Shown here one piece after another: positions 1-11,480 of a stretch of 40,634 nucleotides of DNA. Made by a program: the position numbers and the translations under genes. Source of the DNA: Nemertoderma westbladi (lineage: Eukaryota > Animalia > Xenacoelomorpha); contig JAUCBJ010008683.1 of the NCBI GenBank assembly GCA_032718475.1, positions 1 through 40,634 of the forward strand. The letters run 5' to 3'. The notes under the pieces are model-generated. The model did no database searches. It saw only the letters and a list, made by a program, of their open reading frames with translations, and had not been told where the DNA came from. Position 1 is the first letter of the stretch. Each line of letters opens with the position of its first letter.

Positions 1-421
1 GGGGGATTACCTTACAGCGTTCGCTGCCCCTACTGCCTAATCGTACTTAATCGGACAGGTGATCTACACACACTGCAATTCGTTCGGACTTAACAGCAAT
101 CAGACAACAGCTCAGCCTACAAATCGTCTGTACAATCTGATCAGGCTTACACGCCTTCTGTTCAATACTGTCCTACAAATAAATAAAACTTGACAGAAAT
201 AAGTAAACCATATAAAGGTATAAGGGGTGATCAATCCATAATCCCTTAAACAGCCTACCGGTATGCAATAATCAAATCGAATAATACTAGTGTACTTATA
301 CTGAAGTACCGGTTAGAACAGTTAGGCCTACTGACCTACAGAGTGTACCGGTTCAGGTTTACCGGTTGACCGGTACTTTCAACTTTATTGCTCACTGCAA
401 CAAAGGAGCAATATCCTTTAA

Positions 422-1616
422 TGTTCGCGCTTTCAGACCTTTGGCAGTTTAACCCGCCAAATTAAGATGTCTTCTAGATATTAAATCGCTTTTTAGCCTA
501 TGACAAGTATTTGATTCACTACACTAGTCGAAACCAATCCGTGCGCGACCATTCACCCGCTGGATATTCCCGGGAGATTGGGTTCGACGGTTTAATTTTG
601 TTGCTATGTAAGCCTAATGTATTATTCGACTGACAGTATTATATAATCTCTGACAATATTATTTACCTTCGGGAATATTAACAGTTCCTTTAGGACGTGG
701 CGCTTTATCTACATAAACCGAGTTATGACTTAAACTACTCACAACGATATGGCTTAATTATAATTCACATATATGGCGCATTCTTTAGGAATGCTTCTTT
801 AACAGACTCACTCATACACAATGCTGCACAATACTGCACACTAATCTGCCGATCTTCACTGATTTTAGTCACATATAAAAGGAACACAGACTGACTCATG
901 TAGGGTCTATCAAATAACATTAGATTCACTTCAAACCACTTTAACATAAGTCACAATCGTTTATCTGTAACCTTTCTCTCTTACCTTCGGTATATCAAGA
1001 ATATTGGGTGTCGGGGTTATTTCTCGTTATTCCAATATAATAATTCATCAACAAATATAATGAATAACCGACAACAAATAGCAGTATGCAATATTCACAA
1101 AGCCAGTTATGCAGTACTGCAGTATGCAGTGATTACGAAATTGCAGAGTGTTTGTTTCGTCAGTTAAAGGATATATGTCCTTGTAATTAAACCTACTAGT
1201 GTTGAGCTAAAAAGCATAAAACATAAAACACTAAAAGCCGTTCTTTCGTGGCTTTGAAAAACTCGTGACTACTGCTCTATACGAGTATACCAACCACTCT
1301 TATTCCACGAAGCTCCCGTTCAACACAGAGAAAGAGCAGTGAGATAGGAAATTTTCAGTTCAGTACTCTGTGATTGGTCAAAATCAAGGCTAACTCAAAA
1401 TTCTATTGGGAGATACAAAAACAAGGCTATGACGCAACCTCCCTAGGCTTGTTGGCCGATTAAACAGAGCCCAGATGCCTGCGTACAGCAAATCAGCCAA
1501 TAAGCTGGTAACTTGCACTATTTTTAGCTGTAGATCACTTTGAGAGTATTCTTAGCGACTGGGGGGGAACTGGCCAACAAGGCAAACGAATCAGTTATCC
1601 CACAAAAGCTTTTACA
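422..1616 (-). repeat. LTR-like sequence, inverted diverged homologue of the 3' LTR at 14751-15996
   Basis: The reverse complement of 1616 leftwards reads tgtaaaagcttttgtgggata..., versus tgtaaaagcttctgtgggata at 14751. Colinear blocks also match (541-585 vs 15821-15866; 667-710 vs 15691-15736; 426-473 vs 15942-15992). The left limit is where visible similarity stops; the true end may lie further left. Confidence 0.8.
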
Positions 1617-2246
1617 ACGCTGGATCTGGTAGTCCGCGGTAATTAACTTCTAGGTAGGAACACTCCGTGATACATAACGTAGTACCTATAGCGATACGGC
1701 TATAGGTCGTCAGGCGGTGGTATTTTCCTATCTGGACAGTGCAATATATTTACTACTACTTATTATTTTCAAATACCGTAGTACCCTGTCCGTTGTAATA
1801 AACAGAATTCTAACCCTTTGTTAGACTGGTTTGTAGACTTCCTGTAAAATTACCCTAAAAATTCGTACGTAATATTTTTGTTGTGTTTAATTAGAGATTT
1901 AATCTCACCCGTATCGTAAGTAAGTTGTAGTATTAAGTAACTTAGGTAAATTAGAATTATCTGTTTTAGTGTCCCATAAGTAGCACTCCACTGAGAGCGC
2001 ACAGCTTCTGTGTAGTGAACCCCCAGAAATAATAACATTTATTTCAAATATTGACAAAACCCATTTTTAAACGGGTATATATCTATTATAAATCAACTCA
2101 AACGATTTATAAATAGTAGGCCTGCCATACAACAACTAGGTCTCAATATCAGTTGGACTACTGCTTAAATAACGGTAATGAAGTAAGTTAAAGTAACCAA
2201 GTAACCCTAAAATATTCAGAAATTCAATTATTCTAAAATAATTGAC

Positions 2247-2520
2247 ATACCGGTATTTACCATAGGCTTATTATATTTATTTCTATAAATTTGAGCTAAA
2301 ATCATACCGGTATTCTGTAATTAATTCTAGTTCATAATTATACTTATATATACTATAAGTGTAAGCTGTATACCGGTATTCACGATAGGCCTATTATATA
2401 TTTATATATATTTGTGCTAAATTTATATACCGGTACTCTGTGACAAAACTAGTTTACAATACTTATATATATTATAAGTGCATACCGGTATTCTAATATA
2501 CTGCAATAAATTACCGGTAC
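2247..2520 (+). repeat. Degenerate tandem repeat (~120 bp duplication, ~60 bp subunits anchored on taccggta) in the retrotransposon leader
   Basis: Recurring ataccggtatt...ataggc(c/t)tattatat and tacttatatata..ataagtg blocks. Confidence 0.65.
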
Positions 2521-2599
2521 TAGGCCAACGGTCATACTGAATTACTAGACTTGCTTTAACTGTAACTATAGCAGTAAGCATTCAACTGTATAGCTAAAC

Positions 2600-5500
2600 A
2601 TGTCTGACACCCAGCAAAACCTGTCAGACAGTCTAATCGATACAACCATCTGTGACACAGATAGGAGTGTGGAGCGATTAAGAAAGGAGTTCAGCTCACC
2701 TCCTACTGAAAGAAAGGTCATCCCTCCAGTAGTAGTATCAGACCCTAAGCTGATCCAACACCGTAGGTCTATCATCGGCACTCGGGCCCAAGTCAAGCGG
2801 AACCAGGAAGCAGCTGTCCAACAGCAGCAACATCCTAGTCAAGAAACTTGTTCCCAGCGATCAGATAGCTCCAGTAGTTCGGATACTGTAGAGCTGACCC
2901 CCGAACGCGGATTGCAGATGGCGGCTACAGCCTACTCGGACCCCCTTCTCACCCTTCCTGCCGCAGTACTAACTACTATATTGATTGCGGTGGAAGAACA
3001 TCAAGCCGATTGGGCGAGAAGTATGAGCGCGACCCAAGATAATTATGCGGGATACGCCAGGGAAGAATTGATGTCTGTTGTCGAGTCACAATGGAACTTT
3101 CCCGGACCCGGACTCCCGTTAGATTTGTCCGAGGCTACTTGGGAAGATATACACAGGATGGGAGTGGCTAAAGATACGATGGATCCAGCTGTTTGGAAGA
3201 GGTCGGCAGCAGGATATGTGCAGGGATTCTTCGGCTCCTTAGAGCGATTGGAAGAACAATTGTTTCGACAACCCCAAGGACCTCAAGAGCAGGAAGAGCT
3301 GCTTTATCAAGTACGTGAAAGAACCCTACGCATTAGACTAATCCTATCAGCCTTTGAGGAAACTTCCAAAAGAAGACAGGACACGTCGCTGCAGGTTGCT
3401 GTCAAAACTTGGTTCCAGCGGGTAGGTCTCAAAGTACAAGAAACGGACCAGTGGAAATCCCAGCTGTCTGAGAGACTAACCTATGAAGAACCAACCGATG
3501 CCACCCTTTCTCAAGTGGAAGGCGAAGAGACCGCAGAGAGACCACGAACGAGAGACGCCATCGACATTTATCTGTCCGACTATCAGCGTTTCCTAGGAGA
3601 CGAAGAGTTGAGGAGACGGCTGTCTGGACTTTCCCCTAATAGTGAAGGAACCCAGCGTGTGTTAGACTCAATCGATGCTGAAATGTTAGCTGCAAACCAA
3701 GCTAAATTTGATGAAAAACTTCGCCTCGCTAGAGTCCAGGAAGAAGAAGTAAAGAAAAGACGGATAGAGGACAAAAAGGCGGCGGCCATGACAGAAGCAG
3801 AAGTAGAAAGAAAGGCAGCGGCGGCAGAAGCAGAAGCAGAAAGAAAAGCAGCAAAGGCAGTGGCAGAAGCAGAACGGGGAGCCTCTGAGGAGACTACCCA
3901 ACTGGAGTTGGAGAATCTGCAAGAGACGCAAGACAACATAAATAAACAGTTAACTGCTAGTCACATGCAGATGATGAGAAGATCTACTCCCAAACGCCAG
4001 GGATATACGTCATCGGAGGAAAGCGAAACCACCGATCCTGAAGGCGGAGGAAATAGATCTCGTCTAAGCAGGCGTAGAAAAACATCTTACCGTCACAAAT
4101 TGCCTGATTTGCCCCCAGCTGTGAGAAGACAACTAGCTAGCACAGACTTAAGTAGAATAGAACCTACAGACCAAATTATTAAGGTCAAAAAACTCCCTAC
4201 TATAGTTGATGAGCCTGAAATAATTAGGCCTGTCGTTCCCAAAGTCACTCCTGTGCTAGAGACCCCTGTACTTCCAGAGCTTAACTCTAAGTTCCCTTTA
4301 CACAGTACTACACTGCCTGTACCCGGTAGAACAGTCCATGAGAATATCCCTGTCCTGGAATCTGAGAGAGAAATCAAAGATTTGTCTCCTGTCGTCCCGC
4401 GTCAGCCCGCTACAATGTTGGCGACTCCCGCTTCGGCGGTCGAGTGGGTAGAGGAGGGACGGCGGGGGATGAATCTCCTGCTCGGACAGATGCAGGAGAC
4501 TGTCTACCAACTTAAGGGAACAGTAAGGGAAGGTAGGGCCGAATTGCAAGAAGTGCAGCAAAGTATCGCGCTAGAACGCGACAAATTAGTCAACATCCAA
4601 AAGGGTATACCCATACCCCCTGTAAAATTGTGTCAACTTGTTAGGTCTGAAGTATTACATGCGCAAGGTGTGGAGCCTACACGCATCTATACTGCTAGTG
4701 AAGTAGAAACTCCTATAGCAAACCCTATTAAGGGTGATTATAGACCTGTTGTTAATGATATTCCCTATAGACCTGATAATGATCCGAGAAATTTATATAC
4801 CGATAATTCGATATTAAATAACACGATGGCCCAAGAAAGCTTTACGCGTCAGATGGCTAGAACAGAAGCCCGCCAAGCGGTCAAAGTGGGAGAGATCGTT
4901 AAATTCAATGGAGATGAGATGAAATGGCTACCTTTCAATGAATATTACAAAGATAGCATACAAAACTCTGTACTATCTAACGGAGAGAAACTTAGGTTCC
5001 TCATCAAGTGCTTGGAAGGACCTCCCAGGTTAATGGCGTTAAAGTTTATTGGACATCCAGAAGGATTAAGACAAGTATGGGATACATTAAACATCAGGTA
5101 TGGTAACAAGGATAACATAGCTAAGTATTTGTATGCAAAATTAGTAGCCCCCCGACACTTCCTTAGTAGCGGGATTATAGAGTTTTCCGATGAGATTCAG
5201 GAGATCTGTAGACAATTGGACTGGTTAGGTAAGTCTCATGAATATCAGAGTTCCATGGTTATTGGAGCCGTAGTCTCTACTTTACCAAAGGGTGGAGTAT
5301 GTACACGCTGGGACAAGAAAGTGTTGTACATGAATGAACAACAACGACGAAGTCCTACCATGGCTGATCTCATGTCCTTCTTAGATGGTGAAGTAAAACT
5401 ACAACTCATCAAGCAGTCCAGAGAGAAAACATCGGAAAATAAGGTAAGTGAGAAACCCGCTTCTAGGAGAAGAGTAACACCGGTGTGTTACACTGACGAC

Positions 5501-7489
5501 GGCGAAAGCCAAGCTTCTCAAGAAGAGGACAGCGGGAAAGACACCGATCGATCTTACTATGTTGACAAAACCTCAAAAGACGTAAGTAAATACAAGGCTC
5601 GAAACAACGATAGGAGAGAACAGGTTGCCAAGACCCCTCCTCAGTCTCCTAACAGAATGCACCGAAGAAAACCCGAAGAAAAAACGAGAGTGCATCAAGT
5701 TACCCAAGGTAAAGTGAGTAACATAAAACCTAACTGTGCGCTGTGCGATGGGACCCACCGTTTGAGTGCGTGTGCTGAATTTCTAAAGAAATCCCTTGTA
5801 GACAGACGTGCAGTCGTATGGGATAAGCGGTTATGCTATAATTGCCTCAGACCAGGACACCAACGGCGAACCTGTTACTCCGACATAAAGTGTGCAAAGT
5901 GTGGCGTGAAACATCACATCTTGTTACACAGTGAGTTCGAACGAGACAAACTGAGTCAGGTAAGTGAGCCCGAACTACATGTCCAATTCAGTGATGTAAA
6001 CGACACTGATCAAGAATCTGAGATGGAAGGATTCTATACTGACGAATTCTCCGACGCCAACGAATCCTGTTATCTAATCAATACCGCAGTGTATCGAGCA
6101 CTTACTTATGAAAAGGACACCAACAATGAGTTTCCCCCAACTACTTTTGCCAAACAACCATCTTGGAAAGCTCCAACTTCCAACGTAGGAATCAGAGAAT
6201 TTCCTGTAGTGCAGGTAAGAGTTCACGGTCCTAACCACAGTTACATAGTGAACGCACTCCTTGACTCCGGCAGCACAGGAACATTCATCGATCAAGAATT
6301 AGCCGAAGATATCTTTGCTGGACAACCCAAATTCCGGACTAAATTGAATATGTCAGGAATTATGCAGGTTTGGAAATCTACCCTAACGGCAGATTACTAT
6401 GTAGGTGTGTTGTCCACCCCCCAGGATAAGTTAGGAGCACAAGGTATAAGGTCGGTAAAAATGGTGGCTATAAAGAACTTCACTACTACTCAAGCAGACC
6501 TTTATAATTGGGACGAGGATGAGAGCATCCAACATCTTAAGATACCTCGATTCCAGACAGATTATCCTGGAGTGCAAATACTCATCGGCCAAAACGCGCA
6601 TGAGGCGCTCGAAACATTGGAGAAACGGCCTGCTCAACCACAGCCACTGCAAACCTATGCGGTAAGAACTAGAGTAGGTTGGTACTTTACTGGCCCTTCC
6701 CGCAGGACTCTCGAAGAGAGAATGCCACAAGAACAAATATACCAAGTAAACGATTGGGAAGTGGAGAGCAGTGAGGTGGACGAACTAACTGAGGGAACAC
6801 CATACTCCTCAGATAATGACGACATCTACCAACTCTTCGATGAAGAGAACACAATCGACCTACTTACAGAAAACCAAACTTGGAAAAATCAGGTGAACCT
6901 ATGTCAACTGATTCGCCCATCGGAACCCATCGCTTACAATGACGAACTAAACGATGAGATAGAGCGCTACAACGCTAGAACTCGGGACGAACTAGCCGTA
7001 CGATTCTTTACTCAGGAACTGGTAGAGCCCAATTCATATGATAAGGCTCTATCGATAGAAGAAGAAAGAGCCAAGCAAATCCAGGAAACAACTACACGTT
7101 TTTTAAAGGACCAAGGTAGATATGAAATCGGCCTACCATTTCGAAAACGAGAACCTAGATTTATAAATAACAGACCCTTGGCAGAGAAAAGAATCGCTCA
7201 ATTACATCGACGCCTTACAGCTAATGCTTCAGCGAAAGAAATGTACCAAACTCAGCTGAAGAAATTTATAACAAAGGGATACGCGGAGCGAGTACCGGAA
7301 GGAACACCAGTGACTGAGAGAACGTATTACTTAACACATCATTACGTTCCCAAACCCGGTAAACCCCACGAAGTACGAGTCGTATTCGATGGCTCCGCCC
7401 TATATATGGGCCAATCCCTTACCAGTTCCCAAGTCCCAACCAGTTACCAGGACCCAACTTACTCCAATCTTTGTTGGGAATACTTTTAA
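2600..7489 (+). CDS. gag: BEL/Pao polyprotein, N-terminal part: Gag, aspartic protease, start of RT
   Basis: DUF1759-like KFNGDEMKWLPF..; three Cys/His knuckles CALCDGTHRLSAC, CYNCLRPGHQRRTC, CAKCGVKHHILLH; protease ALLDSGST; RT start GRYEIGLPF and YLTHHYV...RVVFDGSA. There is a long (~750 aa) low-complexity/coiled-coil N-terminus. Confidence 0.95.
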   Translation: MSDTQQNLSDSLIDTTICDTDRSVERLRKEFSSPPTERKVIPPVVVSDPKLIQHRRSIIGTRAQVKRNQEAAVQQQQHPSQETCSQRSDSSSSSDTVELTPERGLQMAATAYSDPLLTLPAAVLTTILIAVEEHQADWARSMSATQDNYAGYAREELMSVVESQWNFPGPGLPLDLSEATWEDIHRMGVAKDTMDPAVWKRSAAGYVQGFFGSLERLEEQLFRQPQGPQEQEELLYQVRERTLRIRLILSAFEETSKRRQDTSLQVAVKTWFQRVGLKVQETDQWKSQLSERLTYEEPTDATLSQVEGEETAERPRTRDAIDIYLSDYQRFLGDEELRRRLSGLSPNSEGTQRVLDSIDAEMLAANQAKFDEKLRLARVQEEEVKKRRIEDKKAAAMTEAEVERKAAAAEAEAERKAAKAVAEAERGASEETTQLELENLQETQDNINKQLTASHMQMMRRSTPKRQGYTSSEESETTDPEGGGNRSRLSRRRKTSYRHKLPDLPPAVRRQLASTDLSRIEPTDQIIKVKKLPTIVDEPEIIRPVVPKVTPVLETPVLPELNSKFPLHSTTLPVPGRTVHENIPVLESEREIKDLSPVVPRQPATMLATPASAVEWVEEGRRGMNLLLGQMQETVYQLKGTVREGRAELQEVQQSIALERDKLVNIQKGIPIPPVKLCQLVRSEVLHAQGVEPTRIYTASEVETPIANPIKGDYRPVVNDIPYRPDNDPRNLYTDNSILNNTMAQESFTRQMARTEARQAVKVGEIVKFNGDEMKWLPFNEYYKDSIQNSVLSNGEKLRFLIKCLEGPPRLMALKFIGHPEGLRQVWDTLNIRYGNKDNIAKYLYAKLVAPRHFLSSGIIEFSDEIQEICRQLDWLGKSHEYQSSMVIGAVVSTLPKGGVCTRWDKKVLYMNEQQRRSPTMADLMSFLDGEVKLQLIKQSREKTSENKVSEKPASRRRVTPVCYTDDGESQASQEEDSGKDTDRSYYVDKTSKDVSKYKARNNDRREQVAKTPPQSPNRMHRRKPEEKTRVHQVTQGKVSNIKPNCALCDGTHRLSACAEFLKKSLVDRRAVVWDKRLCYNCLRPGHQRRTCYSDIKCAKCGVKHHILLHSEFERDKLSQVSEPELHVQFSDVNDTDQESEMEGFYTDEFSDANESCYLINTAVYRALTYEKDTNNEFPPTTFAKQPSWKAPTSNVGIREFPVVQVRVHGPNHSYIVNALLDSGSTGTFIDQELAEDIFAGQPKFRTKLNMSGIMQVWKSTLTADYYVGVLSTPQDKLGAQGIRSVKMVAIKNFTTTQADLYNWDEDESIQHLKIPRFQTDYPGVQILIGQNAHEALETLEKRPAQPQPLQTYAVRTRVGWYFTGPSRRTLEERMPQEQIYQVNDWEVESSEVDELTEGTPYSSDNDDIYQLFDEENTIDLLTENQTWKNQVNLCQLIRPSEPIAYNDELNDEIERYNARTRDELAVRFFTQELVEPNSYDKALSIEEERAKQIQETTTRFLKDQGRYEIGLPFRKREPRFINNRPLAEKRIAQLHRRLTANASAKEMYQTQLKKFITKGYAERVPEGTPVTERTYYLTHHYVPKPGKPHEVRVVFDGSALYMGQSLTSSQVPTSYQDPTYSNLCWEYF

Positions 7490-10400
7490 GATTAAGACAA
7501 TATTCCATCGCGTTCGCCTCAGATATAGAAGGAATGTTCTTACAAGTCAAGGCGCTGGATAGAGATAGAGACAGCCTGAGATTTCTGTGGTGGCCTGAAG
7601 GAGACCTCAATCAGAAACCGGTAGAGTACTGGATGACCATCCAGGCTTTTGGAATCATATCAAGCCCTTCCAACGCCTGCTCCGTGGTGCGAACCACTGC
7701 GAATGACAACCGAGACTCCTTCTCAAAAGAAGTGATAGACAACATAAAACGTAATATATACATGGACGACAATTTAAGGTCCCTTCCATCAGTAGAAGAA
7801 GCCATAGCTGTCGCGAAAGGAACGGTAGAGTGTTTGAAAAGAGGTGGATTTCGACTGACGAAATTCACTAGCAACTCCCGTGAGTTTCTGGAAGCCATAC
7901 CGGTAGAAGACCGAGGAACGAAAGACCTAGACTTAATAAAGGACGATCTTCCTGAAACCAAGACGCTAGGCTTGAAGTGGGACACTGAAAGAGACATCCT
8001 GTTTTTTCAGTTAAAACAGCGAGATAATCCAGTTCGGACCAAACGGATTTGTTTAAGTATCCTGAGCACTTATTTCGACCCATTGGGATTTATTAGCCCA
8101 GTTATATTGATTGCTCGGAGTTTAGTACAACAAATGTGGCTTGAAAACCACTCATGGGACGATCCGCTTAAGGGAGAATTGTTAAAGAAATGGATGAAAT
8201 GGGAAGATTCTCTACCTGCCATCGAGAACTTTATAATTTCCCGTGCATATTTTGGCCATGTTCTTCCTACGTATTCTTATCAACTCCATGTGTTTGGAGA
8301 CGCCAGCGACATGGGAATAGGTATAGTAGCATATCTGCGAGTCGAAACTCCAGATGGAATCAAAGTCGCCTTGGTTACCTCTAAGGCATTGATTAACAAC
8401 AAGTTAAAGGTTCCTCGAGCGGAGTTAAAGGCGGCTTTATACGCTACAGCCATCGGCCGGAACGTAACGGAACAAATCGACTATCCACTGGAGAAAACGG
8501 TTTATTGGACTGACGCTTTACTCGTGTTGGAGTATCTAACCAATGAAGTCTGTCAGTTCAGCGTTTTTGTTACTAACAGAGTAGCTATTATTCTTAGTCG
8601 CACAAAGATAGATCAATGGAGACATTGCCCTGGTACGATTAATCCAGCCGATATCGCCTCCAGGGGAGCAACTCCACAGGAACTGATAGATACTCCAGAT
8701 TGGTTGGGTGGACCCGACTTCCTGAGCAAGGAAGAGGATGAATGGCCTCCTCACCTTACTACGGCGGAGATTAGACAAGCCAAGGGAGCGGAGACAGTCA
8801 AACCTAAAACCCGGGCGAGTAAATCGAAGTTATTTAAACCGACTATCGATCTATCTGTATTACATACTTCCGGGAATGATGCTTCGGATCCACAATCCCT
8901 CAACACAAATAAGTCTGTTGTGGAAATTAGAGATAGAGATTGGAAATCTGGAATACCAGACGTCTCGCAAGGAATCTCACCCATGCTGCAGAGAGCAATG
9001 CATCATTACAGTTCCTGGAATCGGCTCTGTAAAGCCGTCACATATTTAAGACAATGTTTACATCATCACTACTCCAGGACGAAGACCACTAGTGATAACG
9101 CTCCATTGACATCTGCACACGTTCATGTTATTAAAAATTTACCCAAATATAAGACATCTGACCGTTTTCTAAAGGAGAAAATTAGTCACCAGGAGCATGA
9201 AGAAACCAATAAGCAGATACTGAGACTCCTGCAATGCTATGAGGATTCCGAAAAGTATTTCCTGTTGTTGAGAAATCCGCAGATGCGCTTAAGGGATCGA
9301 TTCTCGAGCACAATGATAGATGGGTTAATCTTAATACGTGTTGGAGGAAGACTCACCAATGCGCCCTTATCCTTTGACACCAAATTCCCCATACTTATTA
9401 GAAATCTTGAAGTACAAATCAAGATGATTGTAGATGTTCACAGTAAACTTTATCATGCTGGTAGAGAACGAATTCTTAGCGAAATTCGAACTCGCTATTA
9501 TTTTGATAAACCCCGTAGAGCTCTGAACCAAGTTCTTAGGAACTGCATACCCTGTAGGAAGGCATTCAGTAGGCCTTTAACACAGCGAGAGGCAGAATTA
9601 CCTAGGGAACGAGTAAGCTTCTATGAACCACCTTTTACTAATACTGGTGTAGATTTATTTGGCCCTATTGAAGTATATCGTGCTAGGACTATAGTCAAGA
9701 GATGGTGTGTCATCTTCGTGTGCATGACTTGTAGAGCCATCCATCTCGATATGGTGAACGATCTATCTACCAACAGCTTCGTCTTAAGTTTACGACGACA
9801 GATCGCTCGCTTCGGGACGAGTAATACCATGAGATCGGATAAGGGAACGAACTTCATTGGTGCCAACAACGAAATACAGGCTTACGTGAAGGACTGGAAC
9901 CAAAGACAGGTGGACGACCAGCTAAGGATAACAGCGTCTAGCTGGACCTTCAACGCCGCCGACGCCCCTTGGTGGGGAGGAAGTTGGGAGAGATTAATTC
10001 GAAGTGTCAAAACCGCATTTCACTTTATAGTGCCATGCCGCGCGTATCTCACCGACGAACTTTTGCGGACATTAATGGAGGAAATCGCTGCCTATCTCAA
10101 CGAGAGACCGCTTATGCCAGTCTCATCGAGTCCCGATTCCCTGGAAGCGCTAACACCCGCGCACTTCCTACTGAAGAAACCTGTAGCCATGCTCCCACGA
10201 TCGGAGATTGCCGACAGAGACGAATACTGCCGTCGAACTTGGCAACTTATGCAGTTGCTATCCCGTCGTTTCGCTGACCATTTCGAGAAACATTATCTGC
10301 CCACGCTACAACTTCGAACTAAGTGGTTTGCGCAGCAAGAAAACGTCAGCGCCGGAGATATGGTGCTTATTGTAGATCCAGACCTCCCACGTAAACGGTG

Positions 10401-10650
10401 GCAGACAGGTCGTATCATCGAGACTCACATCTCGGATGATGGTTTAGTGCGCTCAGTAGAACTTGTCGTCATGCGGCGTAACTTCAAGAAGCCAGGCATA
10501 ATCTTTGAGACGAAACAACTCAATCGCCCAGTTGGTCGTTTATGTTTACTGGAAAGAGACAGAGAACTCTCTGGAAACTATGGAAGGCAAGACACTCTTC
10601 CCACGACCACCTCCCTAATTCCTCAAACATCTAGGGACTCCCCAACGTGA
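7441..10650 (+). CDS. pol: BEL/Pao polyprotein, C-terminal part: RT, RNase H, integrase (continues ORF1 after a -1 frame change near 7420-7440)
   Basis: PGPNLLQSLLGILLRLR, DIEGMFLQV, YMDD (RT); QLHVFGDAS, PRAEL, YWTD, NPADIASRG (RNase H region); H..HAG..CIPC, GVDLFGP, SDKGTNF, GGSWERLIRSVK (DDE integrase); YLPTLQLRTKW C-terminal domain. Confidence 0.95.
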   Translation, partial: QLPGPNLLQSLLGILLRLRQYSIAFASDIEGMFLQVKALDRDRDSLRFLWWPEGDLNQKPVEYWMTIQAFGIISSPSNACSVVRTTANDNRDSFSKEVIDNIKRNIYMDDNLRSLPSVEEAIAVAKGTVECLKRGGFRLTKFTSNSREFLEAIPVEDRGTKDLDLIKDDLPETKTLGLKWDTERDILFFQLKQRDNPVRTKRICLSILSTYFDPLGFISPVILIARSLVQQMWLENHSWDDPLKGELLKKWMKWEDSLPAIENFIISRAYFGHVLPTYSYQLHVFGDASDMGIGIVAYLRVETPDGIKVALVTSKALINNKLKVPRAELKAALYATAIGRNVTEQIDYPLEKTVYWTDALLVLEYLTNEVCQFSVFVTNRVAIILSRTKIDQWRHCPGTINPADIASRGATPQELIDTPDWLGGPDFLSKEEDEWPPHLTTAEIRQAKGAETVKPKTRASKSKLFKPTIDLSVLHTSGNDASDPQSLNTNKSVVEIRDRDWKSGIPDVSQGISPMLQRAMHHYSSWNRLCKAVTYLRQCLHHHYSRTKTTSDNAPLTSAHVHVIKNLPKYKTSDRFLKEKISHQEHEETNKQILRLLQCYEDSEKYFLLLRNPQMRLRDRFSSTMIDGLILIRVGGRLTNAPLSFDTKFPILIRNLEVQIKMIVDVHSKLYHAGRERILSEIRTRYYFDKPRRALNQVLRNCIPCRKAFSRPLTQREAELPRERVSFYEPPFTNTGVDLFGPIEVYRARTIVKRWCVIFVCMTCRAIHLDMVNDLSTNSFVLSLRRQIARFGTSNTMRSDKGTNFIGANNEIQAYVKDWNQRQVDDQLRITASSWTFNAADAPWWGGSWERLIRSVKTAFHFIVPCRAYLTDELLRTLMEEIAAYLNERPLMPVSSSPDSLEALTPAHFLLKKPVAMLPRSEIADRDEYCRRTWQLMQLLSRRFADHFEKHYLPTLQLRTKWFAQQENVSAGDMVLIVDPDLPRKRWQTGRIIETHISDDGLVRSVELVVMRRNFKKPGIIFETKQLNRPVGRLCLLERDRELSGNYGRQDTLPTTTSLIPQTSRDSPT

Positions 10651-11197
10651 TACGTCTGGAGTGGGTGTATGACTATATTGTTTTATCTATTTTATTACAT
10701 TTTTATATGCGAACTTTATTATGTACTTTATTATAATCGTTTTTATTCAATTTTATTTAGTAGAATGTTATTTTAGTGATTATTTAGTAGATTAGTGCGA
10801 TATAATAGTGTTTATTACATACGTAATTACTTATAATATATATTTAGTGCGACGGCGAGAAAATAATTATTTTTCTCTTTCCTTACTGTCCGTATCATAT
10901 TATAAATACGCGACTACAGTAAGATGAAATGTCCGTACTTCTTAAAGTACAATAAAGCCACTACTATATTCAAGTATATTAGTAGGCAGAGTATTAGGAA
11001 TGCAAAGTTCAGATCCTCGTGTCTCGGCTAAACCAAGCTCTGGGTAGACCTTGGAAACGACTTGCCTCTTCACACTGACATTGCTTCGTGCGATATTGCT
11101 CTTCTACCTTATATTAAATAATACATATAGTAGCGTGATGTCCCTCTAACAGTAGCGTAAAACGCAAATAAATCTGTTAAACCTTTTGACCATCTGT

Positions 11198-11480
11198 AAT
11201 TCTAGTCGATTAAGATATCGCGGCACCCACCGATATACTTGAAAGACCAATTCTAGAATCAGTGGTTAACGTCCCCAGACAAGCTCTGGAATAAATCGGT
11301 GCCCATCTTAAATATTAATTTAATATTTATTAAAATCTGTAAAATTCAGATCCGTTAACAATTCTAGTCGATTAAGATATCGTAGCACTTACCGATACTC
11401 TTAAAAGACAAATTTCATAGAATTAAGGATCCTATGTCCCCAGACCTGCTCTGGAATCAAATTGTGTCAATTTTAACATC
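11198..11480 (+). repeat. Direct duplication (~110 bp, two copies ~160 bp apart) in the pol-ORF3 spacer
   Basis: aattctagtcgattaagatatcg...ccgata...aaagac...gtccccagac...gctctggaat occurs at ~11198 and ~11360. Confidence 0.8.

Noticed and set aside
1621-1640. Primer-binding site after the left LTR-like block (tggatctggtagtccgcgg)
   Set aside because: Could not match it to a tRNA 3' end that I recognise, and the adjacent LTR is in the opposite orientation.
3583-10277. Antisense and alternate-frame ORFs over gag-pol
   Set aside because: Shadow ORFs of the long coding sequence with no motifs.
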